Shown in pieces: positions 30,357 through 40,792 of a stretch of DNA of 64,000 bases. Made by a program: the position numbers and the translations under genes. Origin of the DNA: an uncultured Noviherbaspirillum sp. (lineage in GTDB: Bacteria; Pseudomonadota; Gammaproteobacteria; Burkholderiales; Burkholderiaceae_D). Under the pieces are notes generated by a model. It was given only the letters and a program-made list of their open reading frames with translations, had not been told where the DNA came from and did not search any database. Position 1 is the first letter of the stretch; the number at the start of each line of letters is the position of its first letter. The DNA lies in the NCBI GenBank assembly GCA_965974465.1, contig CBHCMF010000001.1, forward strand, positions 6,962 to 70,961, written 5' to 3'.

Positions 30357-32635
30357 GCGATGCTTTCATCAGGTGCGGACTGCGCAACCGTTTCGTTTTC
30401 GGCGAGGCGCTGCTGGGCTTGATACAGGCGATAGTAGGCGCCCCCGCGTGCAAGCAGTTCTTCATGCTTGCCGACTTCGACGATCTGACCTTTGTCCAAT
30501 ACCACGAGACGGTCGGCTTGGCGCAGGGTGGACAAACGGTGCGCGATGGCGATGGTAGTGCGGCCGCGTACCAGGTTGTCGAGTGCTTTTTGGATTTCTT
30601 TTTCGGTCGTGGTATCAACCGACGAGGTGGCTTCGTCCAGGATCAACAACTGTGGATTGATCAGCAGCGCCCGTGCAATCGAGATACGCTGACGCTCACC
30701 GCCGGAAAGGGTCTGGCCACGTTCACCCACCATCGAGTCGTAGCCGTGCGGCAGGCGTAGGATGAATTCGTGCGCATTGGCAGCACGTGCGGCGGCGATG
30801 ATTTCCTCACGTGTGGCACCCGGCTTGCCATAGGCGATGTTGTCGGCGATGGTGCCGAAGAACAGAAAGGGTTCTTGCAGCACCAGGCCGATGTGGCGGC
30901 GATATTCGGCGCGGGGAAGCGAACGGATATCGACGCCATCGACCAGAATGGCACCTTCGGACACATCGTAGAAGCGACAGATCAGATTGACCAGGGTGCT
31001 CTTGCCCGAGCCGCTGTGGCCGACCAGGCCAATCATCTCGCCGGGCTTAATCGATAGATCGACATTACGCAGCACCGCACGGTTGCCGTAGCGGAAGCCG
31101 ATTTCGCGTAGGTCGATGCGGCCTTCGATGCGTTGCAGGTGTACCGGATTTTGCGGTTCCGGCACGCTCGATACGTGATCGAGAATGTCAAAGATGCGCT
31201 TGGCGCCAGCCGCCGCCTTTTGTGTGACCGACACAATGCGGCTCATGGAGTCAAGACGTGTGTAGAAGCGGCCGATGTAGGCGAGAAACGCCGTTAGCAC
31301 ACCGACGGTGATGTCGCCCTTCGAGACTTGCCAGATGCCCACTCCCCAGACGATCAGCAAACCGATTTCGGTGAGAAAGGTGACGGTAGGCGAGAACAGC
31401 GACCAGACCTTATTGACGCGGTCATTGATCAACAGGTTGTGCGCATTGGCTTCGCGGAAGCGCGCAGCTTCGCGCTTTTCCTGAGCAAAAGCCTTGACCA
31501 CGCGGATGCCTGGAATCGTATCGGCCAGTACGTTGGTAACTTCCCCCCATACGCGGTCAATTTTTTCGAAGCCATGACGCAGCTTGTCACGTACCACGTG
31601 GATCATCCACGCGATGAAAGGCAGCGGCAGCAAAGTGACCAATGCCAGCCAGGGATTGATCGACACCAGGATCACCGCCGTCATCGTAATCATCAAGACA
31701 TCGGTGGCAAAGTCGAGCAGGTGGAGCGATAGGAACACGCAGATACGGTCGGTTTCAGAGCCGATGCGTGCCATTAGATCGCCGGTGCGTCGTCCGCCAA
31801 AATATTCAAGCGACAGCCGCAGCAAGTGCTCGTAGGTGCTGGTGCGCAGGTCTGCCCCGATACGTTCCGAGACCAGTGCCAGGATGTAGGTGCGCGCCCA
31901 CCCGAGCACCCATGCCAGCAGCGCAGCGCCGAACAGGCCGGAAAGATACAGAGCGACCAGGCTGACATCGATCTTCTGGCCGTTCTGGTAAGGAATCAGC
32001 ACATTGTCCATCAGCGGCATTGACAGATAGGGCGGCACCAGCGTGGCGGCGGTGGACGCCAGCGTCAGCAGAAAGCCGGCCAGTAATTGGCCCTTGTACG
32101 GTTTGGCAAAACGCCACAGACGGAACAGCGTCCAGGTGGAAGGGGGTGTGTGGATCTCCCGAGTACAGATGGGACACTCCTCTACGTCGTCTGGCAAAGG
32201 TGCCTTGCAGCTTGGGCAGACCGGCTGTTCCGGCTCTTGTACCGGACAGCCGGTGACGACGGCGCCGCGCTGTTGTTCGAAATGATCGATCAGGCGCAGC
32301 GCTTCCGGATTACGGCCCAAGGTGAAGCGCCAGCAGGCAAGACGCGCTTGCTCATCATGCAATTCCAGCGTGCCGACGCCGGCGTGATCATGATGCGCTA
32401 GGCGTAATTGCGACCGATACGGCCATGCCGTCCAATTACCATCGGCGGTCTTGGCCAGTAGTCGGCGGTCAGTGACGGCCACGAGGCCGGGCGCAAAACG
32501 CAAGGCCGTGTCCAGATCCAGCTCGACACTGGCGAGCACGGTCTCGCCGGCGTGCAGATGTGCCTGTACCTCAGATTGCCATGTCGCAGGAAGGGCTTGC
32601 CTGGATGGCAGCACGATAAGGGGTTCAGTTTTCAT
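30353..32635 (-). CDS. ABC exporter (fused TMD-NBD) with N-terminal extension, cyanophycin-locus associated
   Basis: GHSGSGKST, LSGGERQR, LILDEAT; roughly 170-aa N-terminal extension ending in CPSC-x10-CPIC. Confidence 0.92.
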   Translation of the reverse strand: MKTEPLIVLPSRQALPATWQSEVQAHLHAGETVLASVELDLDTALRFAPGLVAVTDRRLLAKTADGNWTAWPYRSQLRLAHHDHAGVGTLELHDEQARLACWRFTLGRNPEALRLIDHFEQQRGAVVTGCPVQEPEQPVCPSCKAPLPDDVEECPICTREIHTPPSTWTLFRLWRFAKPYKGQLLAGFLLTLASTAATLVPPYLSMPLMDNVLIPYQNGQKIDVSLVALYLSGLFGAALLAWVLGWARTYILALVSERIGADLRTSTYEHLLRLSLEYFGGRRTGDLMARIGSETDRICVFLSLHLLDFATDVLMITMTAVILVSINPWLALVTLLPLPFIAWMIHVVRDKLRHGFEKIDRVWGEVTNVLADTIPGIRVVKAFAQEKREAARFREANAHNLLINDRVNKVWSLFSPTVTFLTEIGLLIVWGVGIWQVSKGDITVGVLTAFLAYIGRFYTRLDSMSRIVSVTQKAAAGAKRIFDILDHVSSVPEPQNPVHLQRIEGRIDLREIGFRYGNRAVLRNVDLSIKPGEMIGLVGHSGSGKSTLVNLICRFYDVSEGAILVDGVDIRSLPRAEYRRHIGLVLQEPFLFFGTIADNIAYGKPGATREEIIAAARAANAHEFILRLPHGYDSMVGERGQTLSGGERQRISIARALLINPQLLILDEATSSVDTTTEKEIQKALDNLVRGRTTIAIAHRLSTLRQADRLVVLDKGQIVEVGKHEELLARGGAYYRLYQAQQRLAENETVAQSAPDESIA

Positions 32636-32911
32636 TAAGAAGAAGGCTGACAACGTCGCCTAAAAAGGCAGGTATTTGTTTGCAGAATGTAAAATTCTTT
32701 GCGCAAAGGCGCGTGTGACGCGACCCTATTGTGGCGCTAAGTATACCGACAGGCGATAATGTTGTTTGCCGCTATCATGACCGGCACGATAAATTTTTTC
32801 TGTTTTCAGTAAACTAACGCCGCTGAAAAGCGTTATTCCATGCACAGGCCGAATAACAGACGGTCCAAACCTACAAGCACCGGCCTTTTACCTTTCAGAC
32901 TCTCGTACTAA

Positions 32912-35101
32912 ATGAACAACAAAACCATTGAGATCATCAATGTGATGTCTCTGCGCGGTCCGAATATCTGGACATATCGTCCGGTTATCGAGGCATGGGT
33001 CGACATCGGCGATTTGGAAGATTCACCATCCAATACCATCCCAGGATTCTATGAGCGCCTGACCGCCATGCTACCTGGCCTGGTTGAGCATCGCTGCGGC
33101 ATTGGCGAACCTGGGGGCTTTCTGTTGCGTCTGCGTGAAGGCACTTGGCCGGCGCATATCATGGAGCACGTCATGATCGAATTGCAGAATCTGGCTGGGG
33201 TGCAGACCGGATTCGGCAAGGCACGTGAAGCTGGCAAGCGTGGTCTGTATAAACTGGTCGTGCGTGCCCGTTACGAGGAAGTCAGCCGGGCGGCGCTGAC
33301 CATGGCGCGCGACATGGTGATGGCTGCGATTGAGGACAAACCGTATGATGTCGCCGCCGCAGTGGACGCCTTGAGCGAATTGGCCGAATCGGTCGCGCTC
33401 GGCCCCAGCACCGCCAACATCGTCGACGCTGCCACGGACCGCCGCATTCCTGCTATCCGTCTGAACGACGGCAATCTGGTACAGCTGGGCTATGGCGCAC
33501 GTTCACGTCGCATCTGGACCGCTGAAACCGAACACACCAGCGCCATCGGCGAAAGCATCTCCAGCGACAAGGATCTGACCAAGGGCCTACTGCGATCCTG
33601 CGGCGTACCGGTGCCGGAAGGCCGTATTGCCGCAACTCCGGCAGATGCATGGGAAGCAGCGCAGGACATCGGCATTCCGGTCGTGGTAAAGCCCTCTGAC
33701 GGTAATCACGGGCGTGGCGTCTCGACCGACCTGAAAACCCGTGAAGAAATCGAGGCCGCTTGGCACTTGGCCGATGCGGAAGGTAGTGAAGTGATCGTCG
33801 AACGCTTCATTAGAGGTAATGAACATCGCTTATTGGTTGTCGGCGGTAAGCTGGTTGCTTGTGCACGTGGCGAAATTGCTGAGGTCGTGGGTGACGGTAA
33901 GTCCACCATCGCACAACTCATCGACAGCCAGATCAATACAGATCCGCGCCGCGGTCTGACAGAGGAATTCCCGCTCAACAAGGTGCTGCTCGATGAAGAC
34001 CCGGCCGTGGTGCTTGAACTGACACGCCAGGGTTTGACACAGGAGTCCGTGCCGGCGGCGGGCAGGACGGTGTTGATCCAGCGCAACGGCAACGTGGCAT
34101 TCGACGTCACCGATGACGTTCACCCGGATGTCGCTGCAGCGGCCTCGCTAGCGGCGCGTATCGTCAATCTGGACATTGCGGGCGTCGATCTGGTCGCGGA
34201 GGACATTTCGCGTCCGCTCGACCAGCAAGGTGGCGCTATCGTTGAAGTCAATGCCGGGCCGGGACTGTTGATGCACCTGAAGCCGGCCACTGGCAAGCCA
34301 CGCCCGGTCGGACGCGCCATCATTGATCACTTGTTTCCCGAAGCTAACAACAATGGCCGGATTCCGATCGTTGGGGTTACCGGCAGCCGTGGCAAGACGA
34401 TGGTGTCACGCCTGGTTGCTCGTATGATGAAGCTGCACGGACCGCAGGTCGGCGTTGCCTGCAGTGACGGACTGTTCCTGCGTCAGCGGCAAATGGAGAA
34501 AAACGATTGTGCCAACTGGCAGTCCGCACATCGGCTTCTGATCAATCGTGCGGTGGAAGCCGCCGTGTGCGAAAACGGCTATCGCACAATCCTGACCGAA
34601 GGCCTGGCTTACGACCGTTGCCAAGTCGGCGTGGTCACCAACATCGACGCCGATGCCAGCTTGCCAGATCTATATATCCACGATGCTGACGATATGGTCA
34701 AAGTTGCCCGCACGCAGGTAGATGTCGTGCTGCCCGATGGCGTCGCGGTACTCAACGCCGCCGACGCACGGGTGGCGGACATGGCTGATTTGTGCGACGG
34801 CAGTGTGACCTTTTTCAGCGTGTCGCCTGATGCGCCGCCTCTCGCGCAACATCGCGCCAACGGCGGTCGTGCGGTCTTGGTACGTGACGGCCGCGTCGTA
34901 CTGGCCTCCGGCATGGACGAAACGCCGTTGATCGACATTGCCAGCCTGCCGATTCGGGATCTCGACAAGCAGCCCTTCGTGGTAGAAAACATTCTTGCTG
35001 CTACCGGTGCCGCCTGGGCACTTGGCATTGGCGTGGATGTCATCGTGGCCGGCATTGAGACGTTCGATTACGACAGCGTGGGTATGAAGAAGGCGGCGTA
35101 G
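32912..35101 (+). CDS. cphA: Cyanophycin synthetase-like protein (short paralog, 729 aa)
   Basis: LRGPNIW, EHRC, LGPST, VVKPSDGNHGRGV, EVNAGPGL.MHL; Mur-like region degenerate (GSRGKT) and C-terminally shorter than the neighbour. Confidence 0.88.
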   Translation: MNNKTIEIINVMSLRGPNIWTYRPVIEAWVDIGDLEDSPSNTIPGFYERLTAMLPGLVEHRCGIGEPGGFLLRLREGTWPAHIMEHVMIELQNLAGVQTGFGKAREAGKRGLYKLVVRARYEEVSRAALTMARDMVMAAIEDKPYDVAAAVDALSELAESVALGPSTANIVDAATDRRIPAIRLNDGNLVQLGYGARSRRIWTAETEHTSAIGESISSDKDLTKGLLRSCGVPVPEGRIAATPADAWEAAQDIGIPVVVKPSDGNHGRGVSTDLKTREEIEAAWHLADAEGSEVIVERFIRGNEHRLLVVGGKLVACARGEIAEVVGDGKSTIAQLIDSQINTDPRRGLTEEFPLNKVLLDEDPAVVLELTRQGLTQESVPAAGRTVLIQRNGNVAFDVTDDVHPDVAAAASLAARIVNLDIAGVDLVAEDISRPLDQQGGAIVEVNAGPGLLMHLKPATGKPRPVGRAIIDHLFPEANNNGRIPIVGVTGSRGKTMVSRLVARMMKLHGPQVGVACSDGLFLRQRQMEKNDCANWQSAHRLLINRAVEAAVCENGYRTILTEGLAYDRCQVGVVTNIDADASLPDLYIHDADDMVKVARTQVDVVLPDGVAVLNAADARVADMADLCDGSVTFFSVSPDAPPLAQHRANGGRAVLVRDGRVVLASGMDETPLIDIASLPIRDLDKQPFVVENILAATGAAWALGIGVDVIVAGIETFDYDSVGMKKAA

Positions 35102-35216
35102 CGCACGCGTAGCGGACTTGAACGGATATTGAAAAAACAACGTCCCGCCATGACGGGGCTGCATAAAAAAGGCGCGACGCACCAGTCACCGTGACGTTGC
35201 CCAAACAAGGAACATA

Positions 35217-37784
35217 TTGATGGAAATCTCGCGTATCCGCGCATTGCGCGGCCCCAACCTGTGGAGTCGGCATACATCGATCGAAGCGATTGTGCTGTGC
35301 ACCGAGCCCGAGCGCGACATCACGTCTCTGCCGGCATTTGAGCCGCAGCTGCGTGCGCGTTTCCCTGAAATCAAATTCCTCGAACCGGCCGCCGGCCAGC
35401 ACTTCTCGCTTGCGCATGCACTTGAATCTGCTGCCCTCTGCCTGCAAGCGCAGGCAGGCTGCCCGGTGACCTTCAGCCGTTCAGTCGAAACCGTCGAGAG
35501 AGGCACTTACCAGGTCGTTGTCGAATATACCGAGGAGCAGGTTGGCCGCCTCGCCCTCGAACTGGCGGAGCAACTGTGCCGTAGCGCCCTCGACAATACG
35601 CCTTTTGATTTGGAACAGGCACTGGCGCGTCTGCGTGAATTGGATGAAGACATCCGTCTTGGACCGAGTACCGGGGCTATCGTACAGGCTGCTGTGGCGC
35701 GCGGCATTCCCTATCGTCGTTTGACGGAAGGCAGCATGGTGCAGTTTGGCTGGGGTAGCCGCCAACGCCGTATCCAAGCGGCTGAGACCAGCAGCACTAG
35801 CGCTATTGCCGAATCGATCGCACAGGATAAGGAACTGACCAAGCTACTTCTTGATGCTGCCGGTGTGCCAGTGCCAAATGGCCGTTCGGTCACCGATGCC
35901 GAAGACGCGTGGAAGGCGGCCTGTGAAATCGGCGGCCCGGTGGTGGTCAAACCACGGGATGGCAATCAGGGCAAGGGCGTAGCGGTCAACGTCAGGACAC
36001 GCGAAGAAGTACAGAAAGCGTTTGCTGTCGCACAGGCGATCAGCAGCGACGTGATCGTCGAGCGGTACATCACCGGCCATGATTTCCGTCTGCTGGTCGT
36101 TGGCAACCAAATGGTCGCTGCCGCGCGCCGTGCGCCGCCGCAAGTGATCGGCGACGGTCAACACAGCATTGCCGAATTGATTGAACAGGTCAACCGCGAT
36201 CCGCGCCGCGGTGACGGGCATGCCACCTCACTCACCAAGATCCGCCTCGACGATATTGCCCATGCCACGCTCGCCAAGCAGGGTTATACCGCCCAAAGCG
36301 TTCCACCCAAGGGCGTGCTTGTGGTATTACGCAACAATGCCAACCTCAGCACTGGCGGCACGGCAACTGACGTCACCGAGGACGTGCATCCCGACATGGC
36401 CGCGCGCGCAGTGGAGGCCGCGCAGATGGTTGGCCTCGACATCTGCGGCGTCGACGTCGTCTGTGAGAGTGTGCTGAAACCACTGGAAGAACAAGGCGGC
36501 GGCATCGTTGAAGTCAACGCTGCGCCCGGCTTGCGCATGCATCTGCAGCCGTCCTATGGCAAGGGCCGTCCGGTAGGTGAGGCGATTATTTCCACCATGT
36601 TCGACGAAGGCGATGACGGCCGTATCCCGGTGGTCGCTGTGGCCGGCACCAACGGCAAAACCACGACCGTCAAACTGATCGCTCACTTGCTGACCGTCGC
36701 CAAGCATCGGGTCGGCATGACTGGCACCGACGGCGTCTATATCGGCAGTCAGCGCATCGATACCGGCGACTGCAGCGGCCCGCGCAGCGCGCGCAATGTC
36801 TTAATGCATCCAGATGTCGATGCAGCGGTGTTCGAGACCGCGCGCGGCGGCGTGTTGCGTGAGGGCCTTGGCTTCGACCGTTGCAATGTCGCCGTAGTCA
36901 CCAACATCGGCGAGGGCGATCATCTTGGACTGAACTTCATCACCAGTGTCGAAGATCTCGCCGTGGTCAAGCGCGTGATCGTGCAGAATGTCGCACCCAA
37001 CGGTACTGCCGTACTCAACGCTGCCGACCCAATGGTCGCCAACATGGCTGCGCTCTGCCCTGGCACGGTCACCTTCTTCGCACGTGACGTGCATCATCCG
37101 GTGATGACAATGCATCGCGCGCAAGGGCGCCGTGTCGTGTACGTGGATGGCGATGCCATCGTTGCTGCTGAAGGTAGGCAGACGCATCGCATCGCACTGG
37201 CTGACATCCCTCTTACGCACAACGGCACCATTGGCTTTCAAGTCGAGAATGCGATGGCGGCAATCGGCGCCGCCTGGGCATTGAGTCTCACTTGGGAATC
37301 GATACGTGCAGGCTTGAAGACCTTCGTCAGTGACGCGAAAAGCGCACCAGGGCGCTTCAACGTGTTTTCGTACAAGGGGGCAACCTTGATTGCCGATTAT
37401 GGCCACAATCCGGATGCCATCCAAGCACTGGTGAATGCGGTCGAGACCATGCCGGCCAAGCGACGTACGGTCGTGATCAGTGGCGCAGGAGATCGGCGCG
37501 ACATCGATCTGCGCCGGCAGACCGAGATTCTCGGCGATGCATTCGACAGCGTGATTCTTTATGAGGATCAGTGCCAGCGCGGGCGTGGTGACGGCGAGGT
37601 GATCAAGCTGCTGCGCGAAGGCTTGGAGCATGCAAAACGCACGCGTGCGATCAAGGAAATCAAAGGCGAATTTGTTGCGATCGACGCGGCACTGGCGGAG
37701 TTGTCGGCTGGAGATCTCTGCTTGATTCTGGTCGATCAGGTCGAGGAAGCACTGGCGTATATCGGAGAACGGGCAACGCAATGA
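35217..37784 (+). CDS. cphA: Cyanophycin synthetase
   Basis: LRGPNLW, LGPSTG, VVKPRDGNQGKGV, ANLSTGG, EVNAAPGLRMHL, GTNGKTTT, ETARGG, PGRFN, DYGHNP. Confidence 0.95.
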   Translation: MMEISRIRALRGPNLWSRHTSIEAIVLCTEPERDITSLPAFEPQLRARFPEIKFLEPAAGQHFSLAHALESAALCLQAQAGCPVTFSRSVETVERGTYQVVVEYTEEQVGRLALELAEQLCRSALDNTPFDLEQALARLRELDEDIRLGPSTGAIVQAAVARGIPYRRLTEGSMVQFGWGSRQRRIQAAETSSTSAIAESIAQDKELTKLLLDAAGVPVPNGRSVTDAEDAWKAACEIGGPVVVKPRDGNQGKGVAVNVRTREEVQKAFAVAQAISSDVIVERYITGHDFRLLVVGNQMVAAARRAPPQVIGDGQHSIAELIEQVNRDPRRGDGHATSLTKIRLDDIAHATLAKQGYTAQSVPPKGVLVVLRNNANLSTGGTATDVTEDVHPDMAARAVEAAQMVGLDICGVDVVCESVLKPLEEQGGGIVEVNAAPGLRMHLQPSYGKGRPVGEAIISTMFDEGDDGRIPVVAVAGTNGKTTTVKLIAHLLTVAKHRVGMTGTDGVYIGSQRIDTGDCSGPRSARNVLMHPDVDAAVFETARGGVLREGLGFDRCNVAVVTNIGEGDHLGLNFITSVEDLAVVKRVIVQNVAPNGTAVLNAADPMVANMAALCPGTVTFFARDVHHPVMTMHRAQGRRVVYVDGDAIVAAEGRQTHRIALADIPLTHNGTIGFQVENAMAAIGAAWALSLTWESIRAGLKTFVSDAKSAPGRFNVFSYKGATLIADYGHNPDAIQALVNAVETMPAKRRTVVISGAGDRRDIDLRRQTEILGDAFDSVILYEDQCQRGRGDGEVIKLLREGLEHAKRTRAIKEIKGEFVAIDAALAELSAGDLCLILVDQVEEALAYIGERATQ

Positions 37785-37836
37785 TGCTGCTTCGTTTGCA
37801 TATCGGGACCAGCATCGCCATTCGTATCACAGACTT

Positions 37837-38979
37837 TTAACTTGGCTGCAGCCGGATCAACTGTCCTTTGCTCTCATCGGTCAGTATGTACAGCAAGCCG
37901 TCTGGCCCTTCGCGCACGTCGCGGATACGCTGTTTGAGATCCTGCAGCAGTTTCTCCTCCTTCCGCGCCTGAACGCCTTGCATGTCGAGTCGTGCCAGGT
38001 AGCGGAACTTCAGTGCGCCGACAAACAGACTTCCCTTCCATGCCTTGCCGTAACGTTCGCTGCGCAGGAATGTCATGCCCGAGGGGGCAATGGAGGGCGT
38101 CCAGTAGTACAGCGGCTGTTCCATGCCAGGCTTGGCGGTAAGGCCTTCACCGACCTGGCCCCCACCGTAGTTTTCCCCGTGAGTAATGATTGGCCAGCCG
38201 TAGTTCTTGCCGGCTTCCAGGCGGTTGATTTCGTCGCCGCCCTGGGGACCGTGCTCATGCATCCAAAGCGTGCCATCTGGTCCAAGCGTCGCCCCCTGCG
38301 CATTGCGGTGCCCGTAACTCCAAATTTCCGCTAACGCACCGCTACGGCCGATAAATGGATTGTCCTTTGGCACGGAGCCATCCTTGTTGATGCGGACAAC
38401 CTTGCCGTGATGGTTATCCAGCGTTTGCGCGTCCTGCATGCGGTAGAAGCGGTCGCCAAGTGTGAGGAACAGTGTGCCATCGCCATGCTCCACGATACGG
38501 CAGCCGAAGTGCGCGTTGCTAGCGTACTTCGGCTTCTGGCTGAAGAGCACTTTGACCTGTTCGAGCTGCTTAGCATCGTTCGATAGACGGGCGGAGGCCA
38601 GTGCGGTGGAATTCGCGGCGCCAGACGTGGCCGGCTCAGAAAAACAGAAATAAATGGTGCGGTTGCGGGCGAATTCGCTGTCGGCCACGACATCCAGCAA
38701 GCCTCCCTGGCCGCCTACGTCGACTTTGGGCAGGCCTGCAAGCGGTGCGCTCAACGTCCCGTTCGGCTGCACGATACGCATGCGGCCCGGGCGCTCGGTG
38801 ACCAGCATGCGGCCGTTGTCGATGAAAGCAAGACCCCAAGGATGTTCGAGATTCTTCGCGAGAACTTCAGTCCGTATCGGTGCTGGTGTTTGTGCATGTG
38901 CCGACAGCATCGCCACGCACAGGATTCCTGGCATAAGGCGTGGTGCTGTTGTCCGCAAGGAAAATCGAACGCTATCCAT
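37837..38979 (-). CDS. PQQ-dependent sugar dehydrogenase (aldose sugar dehydrogenase family)
   Basis: LEHPWGLAF, GQGGLLDV, SYGHRNAQG, EHGPQGGDEIN, NYGWP, RIRDV. Confidence 0.93.
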   Translation of the reverse strand: MDSVRFSLRTTAPRLMPGILCVAMLSAHAQTPAPIRTEVLAKNLEHPWGLAFIDNGRMLVTERPGRMRIVQPNGTLSAPLAGLPKVDVGGQGGLLDVVADSEFARNRTIYFCFSEPATSGAANSTALASARLSNDAKQLEQVKVLFSQKPKYASNAHFGCRIVEHGDGTLFLTLGDRFYRMQDAQTLDNHHGKVVRINKDGSVPKDNPFIGRSGALAEIWSYGHRNAQGATLGPDGTLWMHEHGPQGGDEINRLEAGKNYGWPIITHGENYGGGQVGEGLTAKPGMEQPLYYWTPSIAPSGMTFLRSERYGKAWKGSLFVGALKFRYLARLDMQGVQARKEEKLLQDLKQRIRDVREGPDGLLYILTDESKGQLIRLQPS

Positions 38980-39083
38980 ATCGCTCCCACAACAAAAGGC
39001 AAAAAAGCTGTGCAGCGATGATACAGTGGTGGCGCATTCGTCGTTTGACATGCATCCGAGTTGCTAAGGTGCCGCGCCTTAGG

Positions 39084-39368
39084 TTATCCGATTTGGCGAT
39101 ACGCCTTGACATCAAAAGCATGCAGCGCGGGATCAAGTGGTTTTCCTTCGCCGAGGTCGATCCATTGGTCCGGTGTCGTGCCGTCGATGCGTATATTTTT
39201 CAGGATGCCCTTGTCCCCGCTGCCGAAAACAAGCTCATAGGTGTTGCCGACAAGGGGTACGAATTCCTGATCGACGATCCAGTCGGATATGTGACCCGGT
39301 TCGCGCTCGGGATGCATGATGGGATTTTCAAGACCCAATTCGGCCAGGATGCCATGCAGTGTCGCCAT
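39084..39368 (-). CDS. Hypothetical protein
   Basis: 94-aa ORF with RBS-like GAAGGGA filling an intergenic gap. Confidence 0.6.
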   Translation of the reverse strand: MATLHGILAELGLENPIMHPEREPGHISDWIVDQEFVPLVGNTYELVFGSGDKGILKNIRIDGTTPDQWIDLGEGKPLDPALHAFDVKAYRQIG

Positions 39369-39464
39369 GATGATGTTCCCTTCTCTGTCGCCTGTTTTGT
39401 ACGAGATTAGAGACAGGGGGCGTTAGCAGGTTCAGAATAGTTCTATGGCAACTGGGGCACTTTT

Positions 39465-39479
39465 TGGCTGCACTGTTGC
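39465..39479 (+). promoter_or_regulatory. Candidate sigma-54 promoter
   Basis: TGGCTGCACTGTTGC (TGGC-N7-TTGC), 35 nt before ATG 39514. Confidence 0.45.
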
Positions 39480-39513
39480 CAAAGTCTTCTCAATCGCATT
39501 CTGGGAGTTCGTC

Positions 39514-39825
39514 ATGTTTCTTCGCTTAGGACGTCTGTTCAGGGCCGTTGGCCGCGACATCCTTGTGCTGTGGTATGCATGCCGCAATCCTGCTACCCCC
39601 GGTTACCTCAAGTTGCTCTCGGTATTGCTCGGGCTGTATCTCTTCAGCCCCATCGATGTGCTTCCTGATTGGCTGGCGCTCCTTGGTTGGATCGACGACG
39701 TGACCCTGCTGGCGCTTTGCATTCCTGTAGTGCTCCGCTTGGTACCGAATGATGTGCTACATGATGCGCGCATGGCCGCTGACGGACTGGTATCACGCTT
39801 ACGTTTCGGTGTTGGCAGGTCGTAG
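39514..39825 (+). CDS. YkvA/DUF1232 family protein
   Basis: YLFSPIDVLPDWL..LGWIDD. Confidence 0.9.
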   Translation: MFLRLGRLFRAVGRDILVLWYACRNPATPGYLKLLSVLLGLYLFSPIDVLPDWLALLGWIDDVTLLALCIPVVLRLVPNDVLHDARMAADGLVSRLRFGVGRS

Positions 39826-40004
39826 GAGGGATCTCTTCGACACCCACCAGAGCCATCCATTCTTTCCCTCGGAATCATTTGCCTGGACGCATCGTATGAC
39901 ACGGTCAATCCATGAGGCCGTTGAATAACTATTGTTGTCGCGCACAGCAATTACGCTAATCCCACTCTATTCTTGATGGTCCATCTTGACTGTCAGGAAC
40001 CGGC

Positions 40005-40694
40005 ATGGACCCGGATTATTTCGTCATTACGACGCATTTATTAGGCGCGCTCATCGCTGGCGGAGTCATCGGTCTTGAACGAAGCTATCATGGCCGTCCC
40101 GCGGGCTTTCGCACGCATACGCTGGTATCGCTGGCATCGAGTCTGTTGATGCTCGTCATGCTATACCAGGCGAAATGGATGGGTCTCTCGACGGGCACGA
40201 TCCAGACCGACCCCACGCGCATGGCGCAAGGCATTATGACTGGCATCGGCTTTCTCGGTGCGGGCGTGATCTTCAAAGAGGGATTCAGTGTGCGGGGGCT
40301 GACGACGGCCGCATCGATTTGGATGACGGCAGCGATTGGCATTCTGTTCGGTGTGGGCTTTTACTTTCCCGCAATTTTTTCGACTTTGCTGACCTTGGGT
40401 GTGCTGTCCTTATTTCGGCGGATCGAAGCACGTATGCCGTCCCACTCCTATGCGCACTATTACATCCGCTTTGAGCGTCATGAAGCGATGACGGAAGAAG
40501 AGGTCAGAAAGATCCTTACAGAGCATGGTTTTACGGTAGCCAACATGAGTTACCGTATTACCGACGATGGACGGTGCTTCGAGTATCGGATGATTTTACA
40601 AACTGCAGATGAACGCAATACGTCGATTCTTGCCTCCTCCCTGCGCAATATGAAACAGGTGCGAACCTTCCAGATATCGCCGACCGGTGATTGA
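40005..40694 (+). CDS. MgtC/SapB family protein
   Basis: IGLER...AGFRTH, DPTRMAQGIMTGIGFLGAGVI, GLTTAASIW. Confidence 0.93.
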   Translation: MDPDYFVITTHLLGALIAGGVIGLERSYHGRPAGFRTHTLVSLASSLLMLVMLYQAKWMGLSTGTIQTDPTRMAQGIMTGIGFLGAGVIFKEGFSVRGLTTAASIWMTAAIGILFGVGFYFPAIFSTLLTLGVLSLFRRIEARMPSHSYAHYYIRFERHEAMTEEEVRKILTEHGFTVANMSYRITDDGRCFEYRMILQTADERNTSILASSLRNMKQVRTFQISPTGD

Positions 40695-40747
40695 TATTAC
40701 CGGTGCTCGCGAGGTTTCGGAGGGCGACTTCCTTCCGCCCAAGTGCA

Positions 40748-40762
40748 TGGCATGCGTGATGC
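40748..40762 (+). promoter_or_regulatory. Candidate sigma-54 promoter inside an inverted repeat
   Basis: TGGCATGCGTGATGC (GG-N10-GC) within the GTGCATGGCA...TGCCATGCAC hairpin. Confidence 0.4.
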
Positions 40763-40792
40763 TTGCCATGCACTGCTCCAAGCAAGCGGAAT

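Noticed and set aside
36801-37781. 326-aa antisense ORF
   Set aside because: Shadow of cphA on the opposite strand, common in GC-rich coding DNA
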